64,000 bases of DNA from Dipteris shenzhenensis (taxonomy: Eukaryota), in the NCBI GenBank assembly GCA_047967505.1, contig CM106538.1. One strand, given 5' to 3'. The position numbers and the translations under genes are program-made. The notes beneath the pieces are model-generated. The model was not told where the DNA came from, did not search any database, and saw only the letters and a program-made list of their open reading frames with translations. Shown here in pieces: positions 53,278 to 64,000 of this stretch. Numbering within the stretch: the first letter of the stretch is position 1; each line of letters begins with the position of its first letter.

Positions 53278-55450
53278 ATGGTTGCCGCCCAAGCTACACG
53301 GCAAGCAGCTGTAGGTAGAGCAGAGGAGTACCACGCAAAAGCTGAAGAGCTCAGGCTAGCACTTACAAGGCTCAAGGACGAGCTTGCCACAAGTGAATCC
53401 CTGGTCCAAACTCTCATGGACCAAGCCAACAAGGTGGAGTCTGGCCTTCGAACAACATTAGAGCAAAAGGTGCAGGCAAAGGCACAGCATGCTAGGACAC
53501 AGGAGAACTAGGAGCACCAGATTTAATCACTACAGGATCTCCTGGCACAAGAACAGGCACTAACAGTGTCCCTTCAAGAAGAGAACGAACGACAACGTGC
53601 CCCCGATCAATCAGAAGACTCGGGCTTGGAAGATCGAGAGCAACAGGAGTTTAGGATGTACAGTAAGGTCTCCGCACAGCTCGCCACTTACACACTCGCA
53701 CCACACACCATCCCCCAAACACTACAAATGCACTTCGACGCACTCCGCGCACAAAACATCATCTTCCACCTAGACCTCACAGCTCCACTCCCTCCTAACG
53801 CCCTCCAAACAATCCTCCACCGTAACTCCGACCATTGCTGCCGCCCCATCCTAGCCGTGTCATATTTTTCTTTAGATCTCCAACCCACTTGTCTCTCTCT
53901 CCTCCGCCCCTCAGACCTCCACACTCTAGCCGCCCATCCTATCGTTCTGAATTTCCAAGCCTCATGCCACATCATCACGGAGTCCACTAATTCTCTAATG
54001 GACGATGAAGTGATGCAAATCACAAAGCCCGAGGAACTTAGCCCATGGGTCTACACCGGCGAAAATCTACAAGCAGACATTGATTGGATGCAAACCTACG
54101 GTCGAGCCTCCGCAATCCAATCTCAAGGGCATCTTGTGGCATTCCAGTCCACTAGTTACAACCCCCTCGGCATAATAATCCTCTTTAACCGGGTGCTACA
54201 AGCTCTCCAAGACTCATCGAGTCCTTGGTGAGCAGCAATTTTGAAACAATACCTGTAGCATACCCCGAGGAATTCGCTGAGGAAGAAGGCCAAGAAGCCA
54301 TTGCCATACTTAATTCTACCGCCCCACCTGCCGAAATTCCACCACCACCTCCTCTAGATCCCGCCCAACCCAACCAGCAAGCCACCCAACCTCCCCTCCC
54401 TCGGACAACACTGTCCGAGTATTCTTCCAACGCCTCTAACATCAGCACCGCACAGCACGGGACATCCCCGTCCATCTCCTCTACAACTTCGGTCGACCTT
54501 CCTGACGAGGCCTTCAACATGTTGCTCAAAGCAACCAATTTGGTCCAGGCAGCCAAAGAGACAATGCCAATAGGCACAGCAGAGCCGGAACCCATGCCCA
54601 TTGCAGATGATGAGGCTCCGCTTGCTTTCTCCCTGCCAAAAAATGTCCAGTGGCGCCCCAACTTGCATTCATTTCAAGAGTTGCCGGATAGTGCGCTTAT
54701 GCACCATTGGAAGCACCAAGTCGAGGGCTCCCACCTCCATCTATACGAAATCTTAGAGGTGCGCCCCCTCACACAATTCATCACCCAGTCCTTTGATGAC
54801 TGGCGACGCGTGCATCCAAAGTGCACAAGAGGAGGATACAACCTCGCTCTCGATGCTCCAGTCCCAACGACGATGCAGATGCTGATCTACAGCTACACTG
54901 GCGTCTTCCCTTCTTAAAGCTGGAGAAGTTTTGGTGCTACTACCGCAGTGCCCACGTCGATCGCCGAATTCACCCCCTGTATATGCCAATGGAACGGCGA
55001 TGGACTTCGGCAGAATTTAGAGAGCTCCAGTAAAAGGATCCCAATATGTTAACTTTGCAAAGTACAACTTCCCCAACGAGATGACTCAGAGGGATTTTGC
55101 TTCCGCCTCCAGTCATTTAACGACACGTACGACTCGGTACTCGTTCCCGTTGTAGCAGCAACGGTCCACTTCAACCGCCTCCTCCTCTTACTCCTTTGCG
55201 ATCTCCCCGCCCACAGTTGCCCCATCGACGATCGCCTGCACAATCTGACACAACTTGTCTTCAATCCCGACATCGGTCCTACGCAATTTCAGGACCTCTG
55301 CCTCTACCTCCGCGTCCGCAATCTCCACGGACACCACATCCGCATGTACGAGGATATGCATGCCACCCAGTTTTGGAAGTATTGCTCGTACCTCACTCGG
55401 CTCACTCCATGATAGCTGGACCGCTATAAAGTCCTACAGACAATCCTCAC
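53278..55450 (+). pseudogene. extra ORF of the gypsy element (coiled-coil, Pro-rich, unknown function)
   Basis: Near-continuous ORFs 53278-53511, 53566-54231 and 54225-54917 between the truncated pol and the PPT. Confidence 0.55.
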
Positions 55451-55508
55451 AACACACCTCCTCCAGCGCGGCTGACTCGAGGGCGGATCAGCAACAGGAA
55501 GGGGGGCA

Positions 55509-56416
55509 TGTTAACATCCATAGAGTACAGTCGTCGAATGTAGGGTAATCCGTGATTGGAGGTGATTAGGCTTCATGATTTACTTCAACGGTTACAGCCA
55601 TGGAAGGAGTATAGTACAAGCTCAGTGAGTTTGAGCCCCAAATACCCCAAGGCCAAAGATTGCAGGCAACATGCACAGATTGTATGTTCCAACTGCAAAC
55701 TGTGGTTAAGTGTCTCGCTGGAGTTAAGCCTCACCACTCCAGGTTTCGAGCCTCATGCATGGGGTTTGAACCACAAATGGCTTAAGGCTTAAGGGCGCTC
55801 AGGGAGTTTGAGCCTCAAATAGCCTAAGCCTTGGAGGCGCGAGCCTAACACAAGCGCTATTTGGGAGCCCGTTAGGAACACCCTCTAATGCCAGGTTTGT
55901 CCCAAGCGCTCTTATATGGTTGACACAAGCGCTATTTCCACTAGTAGGGAGAGATGGAAGAATAGTAATATGCCTTGGCACCCCATGGGCCCAAGAGCCT
56001 TTTATTTGTAAAGAGAGGGAGAGTGCTAAAAGGAAAAGGGTTGGCCGCCCTCCCTTCAAAAGATGACATGTATAAAAGACCAAAGGGTTGACTTTGGTCT
56101 TCATTGTTGTTTGCACAAGTTTGAATACAAGCTCCCTCTTCTCTTCCAAGAGTGTTTTGCTTGTTCTCTTGTTTCCATTGTAGTGCCCTTGTGCTTGCTA
56201 CTCCATCCCCCTTCACTCTCCTCCTCCCTTCTCCCCTCTCCCCCTTTCCTCTTTCTCTCGTGGAAACACATTGCAACAATCTGGAGGCCGCTTGAGTGAC
56301 ACATGCGGATGGCTCGTGCCTTGCATTGCTCTCACAAGGAGTAGCTTGGAGTGGAGGCTCCATCAGCATCTCTTCAACATCCCCACGACACGTGAGTCAC
56401 CGTCAAGACCTACACA
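55509..56416 (+). repeat. 3' LTR of the gypsy element
   Basis: TGTTAACATCC...CCTACACA, after the PPT and before the TSD. Confidence 0.92.
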
Positions 56417-56994
56417 ATGTCCAAGGACATTCTTTCAATATATCACAAGTACTCGCTTTTCAAACGCAAGATCAAGACTAAACACCCTGACTTCCGGACG
56501 TAGGAGCAAAAGTCGAAGCTCACAATGGAAGCCACAACCTAACAAAGCTCATGGCATCCTGTGGGATATTTTCTTTCCGATAAGGCATGAAAAGCCACTT
56601 GGACCATTTGGAAACTTGCCTACTTTGACGACCTTCTAGGATCTACAACCATAGTTGCTAAATTGAGCTTGCATGTCGAACCTCATGGTCACAATACAGT
56701 TTCGATACTCAGATTGGCCAATAGAAGAACGACAATTGAAAACTCCTATACGCATACCATCAAACGTCGAGCACCATCATGAAGGATCGATCCACATCAC
56801 TTCCAAGAGTTAAAGATCTTTCTTGAACTAGCTACACCACAACCAACCACACAAGCCTGCCTTGTAATGATGCATAGGCAAGCCACCCCCATCAGAGCCA
56901 AGCCTTAGAGTCGCCGAACAAGGCACAAGAGGACAAGCCTTAGAGTCGCCGAACAACGGGGGAAAGGGTGGCCCTAAACTTCAGGGCAACTTAA

Positions 56995-57370
56995 GTACCT
57001 AAACTAACAGTTAAGCAGTAGCCCCAAACACCCCAATTGACCTACCACACTAACATGGTCAACATGACCAATTTCAAACGACAAACACGAAGGCCCAAAT
57101 TGGCCAAACATTACCTAAACTAACAGTTAAGCAGTAGCCCCAAACACCCCAACTGACAACTAACCTACCACACTAACACGGTCAACATGACCAATTTCAA
57201 ACGACAAACACGAAGGCCCAAATCGGCCAAAAATTACCCATACCTTCGAGTAGTTGGCCAAAAATTTGCTAACGGGCATCCATGGTCAATGGGGCTATGC
57301 AACAACCACTTTGGGCCTAGACCAACCGATTTGAAATGACAACACGAAGGCCCAAATTGGCCAAAAATTA
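56995..57370. repeat. tandem duplication (~117-125 bp x2 plus a partial copy) upstream of MCM4
   Basis: TACCTAAACTAACAGTTAAGCAGTAGCCCCAAACACCCCAA occurs twice; ACACGAAGGCCCAAAT(T/C)GGCCAAA occurs three times. Confidence 0.8.
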
Positions 57371-57486
57371 CGCCGGAGTTACCGGTAAGAGATGAGGCCG
57401 TTAAGAGATTGTGGCATTCAGGCTGATGTGGCGCTGAGCTGCGAAACGATCCTACGTGGACCTAAGAGAGGTTCTAAGGGGCGGGT

Positions 57487-57511
57487 TTTCCCGCGAGAAT
57501 CATTTTCCCGC
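57487..57511 (+). promoter_or_regulatory. two E2F/DP sites
   Basis: TTTCCCGC at 57487-57494 and 57504-57511, about 100-130 bp upstream of the MCM4 ATG. Confidence 0.8.
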
Positions 57512-57614
57512 CAAAAACAGAAGCAAGGTCGTCTTCCTCTTCTCAGATCAACGCATTTGTCTCATCGCCATAGCCAAACCTTCATCGCCATAGTCAACCT
57601 TGATCGCCATAGCC

Positions 57615-60600
57615 ATGCCTCGCTCCCGTTCCTCCTCCTCCCCCGCCCGCCCAGCTCCTCCCCCTGCCCCCTCTCATGCCGCCCCAGCTAACGGCGCCGC
57701 AGCTAACCCAGGTACCTCCAAATGAACGCATCACAGAGCTCTCTCTCATTCAATCTTGTTTGCTTTCACGCTCAACGAATTCTTCAAGCACTAGCTTTGG
57801 CCTCACCATCTAGCTCATCCTTCCTGATGGATTCCGTCCCTCATCAGCTATGGCCGTCTCTGAGTTCTTTGCACCGTTTCTCCAGGTTTCTCTTCCCCCG
57901 ATTCTAGCCCCCTCCGTGCCTCGCAGCAGTCCTCCGATGGCCCCCGCCGTGACCGCCAGCGAGCAGGCCCCTCCCAACGACGCCGCCGATCGCGCAGCTC
58001 TGGCCCTTCCTCCTCCGGCTACAGCTCCCCCCTCGACCTTGGCACCCCGGCTTCTTCGCAATTCGCTCGTGGAACGTATCCTTGTGCATTGCGATCTTCA
58101 CTTTGCTCTCTGTATTATCGGTATGCGTTTGATACCATTTGCTATTCTGGTGGATCAAGAACGCGCATTTGGTTTTCCTTCATCCATTATCAAGACCTTC
58201 CTACCAGCGCAACGACGCCAGCGTTCCATCTTCGGGGCCCCGGCAGAACAGGCAGCCTGCTACTCCGAGTAGCTTCAGTGACCCTCAAGAAGTACATCCA
58301 AATTAACTCGCATGATTTGCAAGGCTGACTTCTAAGGCTAGCTTTCAAGTTCCCATGTCCGAATTTTAGAACTCTGAATTCGAAAATCTCTTGATCCAGG
58401 GTCGCCCATCTTCAGAGGGAGATTTGGATGCACCTCCACCGACGCTAGTTTGGGGGACCAATATCAGCGTCCAAGATGTAAACCAAGCAGTGCAGCGTTT
58501 CCTGAGGAACTACCGAGACAGCCCAACAGACTTCGAGGCAAAATATCTTCAACTTCTGGAGCAGGTAGTACTTTGCCTTGTTTGGTTTCCTGTGAGCATG
58601 GTCAAGCACAGGACGTACTGAAGACGGTATGTGCAGGTGCTCCTAGACTCTGTGCTGCCTTTAATGCTTGCTGCATTTGTTTCTTGTCAGGTTATGGAAG
58701 TCGAAGGAGATTCTTTAAACATCAACGCAAGAAATATACTAGATTACGACGAAGATCTGTACGTCAAAATGGTTAGATATCCGTTAGAAGTCCTTGCGAT
58801 TTTCGACATTGTTCTAATGGATATGGCAGTGCGCCTCAAACCCCTCTGGGAAAAGCACATTCAGGTAACCTCGAGATTACTTTGCTGCAAGGCCTTGCAC
58901 ATTCTTGCCTCTTGCACGTTGTTAATTGGGTGGTATGGTGCTACAGTAATTGATACACTCTCTTCATTCCGCAACGTCCAGTGCTCAAAAGGAAGAGTGG
59001 AAACCCCAGTAGCCCAAAGCCATCCACAAGGCATCTTCTAGGCAGGCTGGCTGCTCTATTTGAGTCACCAAGGTGATCCTTTGCTACAAAGTAAGAAACC
59101 GGCCTTAGACTGTTCGCTACATATGCAAACTTTCCGGACAGCCAGTGAACTGGGTTGTTCACCTTTTCATGGTTGCTTTTCATTGTCCTCCCAGCCAATC
59201 TTGGTTTCGCTATCCCTCAGCTGTGGATTTCAAGCAGAGCCGGTCTCTTTTAGCTAGTTTCATTCCTGACAATTATATGGACATCATGGCTTTGAAGGAG
59301 ATATGAAAGGAGTGTTCCTTGTAAGACTTGACGGAACTTTAGAATTTTGAGCCCAGATCTCTAGTTCTCAGCATGATGCTTACTAATGGCATTTGGAAAG
59401 GTTTGAAGAGTAACCAATGAGCATCAATTCTTATACATTTGCTATCATATTTTAGAGGCTTTTAAAGCTGTTTATTATCCTTGTTTAAAATGTCCTGAAC
59501 CTGCCAGGAATTTATGGTCTTACTATGTTGTCCTTGTCCGGATGCTGTAGTGTATCAGTTCTTGGCTATCAAATTTCTGAGTACATGGTTAAAGTTTGTT
59601 GCTTCCAACTTTAAGGGGTCCGACAGTGCTCAATAAGCTTCTTTGGTTGTGCTATTTCAGGCCAGAATCTTTAATTTGAGGGACTCTGTAAACATGCGAG
59701 ACCTGAATCCATCTGGTGAGTCTCGTCAAGGATCCTTCTATTGCATAAAAAGAACTGTCCTTCTATTCCATAATAAGAACTGTCCGAGTGGCTAATGCTG
59801 TAGCATGGGATGAAGTTGGTTGCAACTCCATGTAATCAAACCTCTGATTTTGGATTTTTGATTTTAGTGGGTAGGGCTGTGTGGTCAACCTCTTCTGTAT
59901 TTTTCTGTTTTTGTCACAGATATTGAGAAGATGGTTTCAGTGAAAGGCATGATTATTCGATGCAGTTCTATCATTCCAGAGATCAAGGAGTCATTTTTCC
60001 GGTGCCTTGTTTGTGGCTATTCACCTCCCCCATCAGGCGTTGACAGAGGTAGTGCCATGCCTCGTAGATCTACAAAATCATGTGTATCATCACTCTGAAA
60101 CTGTGTTGTATTAGTCTAAAAAATGTTCTAGGGCTCCAATCCCTTGGACTTGCTGCATTAAAACATCTTTCACACTTTCAAAATAGAGAATGAAGATGAG
60201 GTCGAAAGCATGCGAAACTGATTATGCCTGCACTGGTTATGACAATGTCATTTCCTAGGTCGAGTAGAGGAGCCTAACCGCTGTGGAAGACCAGAGTGTG
60301 CTGCTTTAAATTCTATGGCTCTCATCCACAACAGATGTAGGTGAGTACTCTGAACAATGTCGTGCGTCACATTGCTTGCACAAATCTATATTTCGTATAG
60401 TCTGAATTAATGTTTCCCTAACTAAAGCAAGCAAATTTCATGGTTGGCCATGTGCTGCAGGTTTGCTGACAAACAAATAGTGCGTCTGCAAGAGACACCT
60501 GATGCTATTCCTGAAGGTGAAACGCCTCACACTGTAAGCTTGCTTATGCATGACAAACTCGTGGATGCTGCTAAACCTGGTGATCGTGTGGAGGTGTGAT

Positions 60601-63600
60601 GCAGCCCCCTTGATTCTGTTTGAGTTAGAAATGATTAATTTTTTGTAAGTGGATCTCCTTGCAATGTTAGCTTAGACTTGGCTGTCAGTCCTTTTCAAAC
60701 CCATCCGATATACTCGTTCATCAGGTGACTGGAGTATTCAGGGCAATGTCCGTTCGGGTGGGACCCACTCAAAGGACATTAAGGTCTCTTTTTAAGGTAT
60801 CCGTTCTCAACAATGTCCGTTCTCTATGTTATCAAGTAGTGATCCCTTCAAGTCAGTTCCTTGATCTAGTATGTATGGATGCCTGACAGACCTATATAGA
60901 CTGCCTTCACTTGAAGAAGGGAGACAAAGGGCGGCTGCAGTCTGAGGATCAGATGGAACGTGATGTGGAGAGTGAAAATTTTGCTTCCTTTTCAGAGGGT
61001 GATACCTCACCTTTGGAACACGAGGAGCAGGTAGACCTCGTTTCAATTTTTTCAATTGCAATTCAGAGGATAGAGATTGTGCCTTAACGATTGATCTGTT
61101 CTCTACCAATGCAGGTTCAGAAATTGAAGGAGCTATCTAGACTGCCAGACATATATGAAAGACTCACAAAGTCTCTAGCTCCTAGTATTTGGGAGCTTGA
61201 GGACATTAAAAAAGGACTTTTATGCCAGGTATGTTTCCCAACCAGACTTTCTCTGTTTTGACTGTTATTGTCCGCTATTTAAAAGCTGATAAGGGGCGCC
61301 ATCCTGTTGTGCTGTCACGATATGCAGCTTTTTGGGGGATCTATTAAGAAGCTGAATTCAGGTGCTTCCTTCAGGGGAGACATGAATGTACTTTTAGTTG
61401 GCGATCCTGGAACAAGCAAGTCTCAGTTGCTGCAGTATGTGCACAAACTTGCACCGAGAGGTATCTACACTAGTGGGAGAGGCTCTTCTGCAGTTGGTCT
61501 AACAGCTTATGTGACGAAAGACCCCGAAACCAAAGAAACGGTAATATCTCCACCTGATAACGCTGGAGGCTAAAAATTTATAAATCATAACAGCTACATA
61601 GCTTTGAATCGTGTTACAGCTTGCTCAATCGTTATTTCTGCATGAAATCATTAAACATCTCAGACACTGTGGCCACTTAAGGTAGTCTCTGTTCCTGATT
61701 TAATCAATTAAGCATCATGGTAGCTTGTGATTCTATAGCAGTTGGAATCAGTCGATTATTGCACAGGCAGGATTCAAATAGAATGAGATGACCTTTGCTT
61801 TCCAACATAGCATATCAAAAAATGAGAGGAATTTATCTGCCAAGCTCGTGTGTTATTTAAAGGAAATGTCCCCGAGACTACTCATTCATTGTTATTCCCT
61901 CAGGTTCTCGAAAGTGGGGCTTTGGTTTTGAGTGATCGTGGGATCTGCTGCATTGACGAGTTCGATAAAATGTCGGACAATGCTCGTAGCATGCTGCATG
62001 AGGTAACTATGAAGGAGATTGTCATTGCATCCTTGGTATGCGTTGTTACTCTTCATACGAAAGAGTTACTGCCTAGAGAAAATCCCATCTCGGACCAGCT
62101 TGTAAGTAGTTTACAGTCTCTCGTAAAGCCTGCTCGCGGTTATGCTCTGTTTCAGGTCATGGAGCAGCAAACGGTTTCAGTGGCTAAATCTGGCATCATT
62201 GCGACGCTTAATGCCCGAACATCCGTACTTGCTTGCGCTAATCCCAGTGGTTCACGTTACAACCCGCGAATGTCTGTCATCGACAATATCCAGCTGCCGC
62301 CAACTCTCCTGTCCAGGTACGCACACTGCTCGACGTCTTTGTCATCTTTGGACGAATTGCTTTGCGATTTTGACACCAACTGAAAGCTGTTTCCAGATTC
62401 GATTTAATATACCTGGTCCTTGACAAACCGGATGAGCAAACAGATCGGAGGCTGGCTAGGCATTTGGTTGCTCTTCATTACGAAGATCCGGAGGTGATAG
62501 TTTTCTGCCCAGAAGTCTTTCGATAGCTATATATAGGTTAATGTTTGTCTGGAGAAGACATTGGTACGTTTATGTGAAGTCCGATGGCAAATCAAGCCGG
62601 AGAACACGATTTCACCCGATTACTCTTGCCAATCTCCCGATTGTTGAGTTTAGACATTTTCTGATTGCAGGTTCACACTCAAGACGCATTAGATTTGTCC
62701 ACCCTCACTGCCTATATTACTTACGCTCGACAACATATTCACCCAAAGCTCTCTGATGAAGCTGCTGAAGATCTCATCAGTGGATATGTAGCCATGAGAA
62801 GGAAAGGGAACTTCCCAGGAAGCAGCAAGAAGGTTAGAAGCTAGGATGAGCATGAACTAGGACACGATTTGCTTTCTTATTTCTAATCTGTAGGGGCCGA
62901 TTGTTCTTGGGGGTTTGCGCAGGTGATAACTGCGACACCTCGTCAGCTCGAGTCTCTGATACGCATAAGCGAAGCATTGGCGCGCATCCGATATTCCGAA
63001 CTGGTATTTTAGTTGCAAGCTAAAGCTAAAAGTATGTTGAATCGTGCCTTATAGAACTGCAGCCACATCGTAACGGAGGGCGCGTTGCAGGTTGAAAGAT
63101 GTGATGCGGCTGAAGCATTGCGGCTGTTGGAGGTTGCCCTTCAGCAGTCTGCCACGGATCATTCCACCGGTTTGATTGCACTCTTCACCATGTCCCCGCA
63201 TATCCAAGAGCGATTTCAGCTCACGTGAGTCTTTGGAGATGCTCACCTGGTGGTTGTAACTGCGCGCAGGGACGATTGATATGGATCTTATAACAACGGG
63301 CGTCTCTGCCAGCGAGAGAATAAGGAGAGCAAGTCTAGTAGCCGCAGTCCGCAGTCTGATCGCCGACAAGATGCAAGCTGGAGGGGCGGCCATGAGAGTG
63401 ACACAGGTAATGTGTCGAATGGCACAAATCCAGCAGGGGCTATGCTTGACACAAACTGGTCAATTTCACTGAATGTTGCAATGGATTTTGCAGCTGCTTG
63501 AGGAGTTGCGCAAGGATAGCAGTGCAGAAGTGAACCTCCAAGACGTAAGCTGTGGAATTTTGTGTTGATTTGAAGGCAAGGATTGTCGAGGATTGTACAT

Positions 63601-63712
63601 ATTTGTAATCGCCAATCTGTTGTTTTCTTGCTTTCAGCTTCGAACTGCGCTTGGGAACCTTGCAAGCGAAGGATTTGTTAGCGTACACGGGGATAACATC
63701 AAGCGATTGTAA
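57615..63712 (+). CDS. MCM4: DNA replication licensing factor MCM4 (~22 exons)
   Basis: Ser/Pro-rich N-terminus, [49 protein letters not shown] (Walker A), CCIDEFDKM (Walker B), [30 protein letters not shown] exons traced to TAA at 63710-63712; first three exons less certain. Confidence 0.96.
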
Positions 63713-64000
63713 CATCTGACTAGCAAAATCTGCATCCTCTTCTCCTTCTTGTAAAATATACGATGCTTTTGAGGATTTGACCATCTATGAACATGGTCCC
63801 CAAACACAAATGGGCAGTTATAAAAAAAGCAAGTAGTGATTAGTATAGACTTTGTGCTTCTGGTGTTTTGGATCTTCAATTCACCAACCCGAGATTTGAC
63901 TTCCTCACATATCAAAGTGTCTCAGAAAAAAGGGAAGTTTTATGTTAAACACAAATGGGCAGTTTGTGGTGTTATCCAAAATGATTTGTACAAGTTTTAT

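Larger units (their letters stand above)
44396..56416 (+). mobile_element. Ty3/gypsy LTR retrotransposon (Athila-like PBS), non-autonomous
   Basis: LTRs 44396-45310 and 55509-56416; TSD ATGTC at 44391-44395 and 56417-56421; PBS; PPT GGAAGGGGGG; gag, protease and RT remnants. Confidence 0.93.

Noticed and set aside
57850-58272. Separate 140-aa ORF and antisense ORFs over MCM4
   Set aside because: Alternative frames across GC-rich MCM4 exons and introns

Overview
Eukaryotic land-plant DNA, possibly from a non-seed plant such as a fern (inferred from intron style and TE types, not established). Most of the window is decayed transposons: three Ty1/copia copies (A at 1-5323; B and C nested at 31.2-39.6 kb inside an L1-type LINE) and a Ty3/gypsy element with matching TSDs (44396-56416) that has lost RNase H and integrase. 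There is one clear host gene, an approximately 22-exon MCM4 (57615-63712) with two E2F boxes, plus a tentative spliced orphan gene near 11.7-13.0 kb. The most unusual part is a ~13 kb block at about 16.5-29.7 kb. It holds a Sola-like DDD transposase with a putative Tudor/SH3-like tail. Divergent from it are a gene with a ParB/Srx-like domain fused to a degenerate beta-class DNA methyltransferase fold, and a gene with an FCP1/SCP-type HAD phosphatase followed by a SET domain. About 35 copies of one 24-bp palindrome (AAGATCGGTTTTAAAACCGATCTT) occupy only the non-coding parts of this block, as a ~56-bp-period array, two hairpins, an intron and intergenic DNA. This resembles a cargo-carrying DNA transposon with its own chromatin/anti-silencing module. 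All domain calls come from reading motifs by eye; no searches were run.
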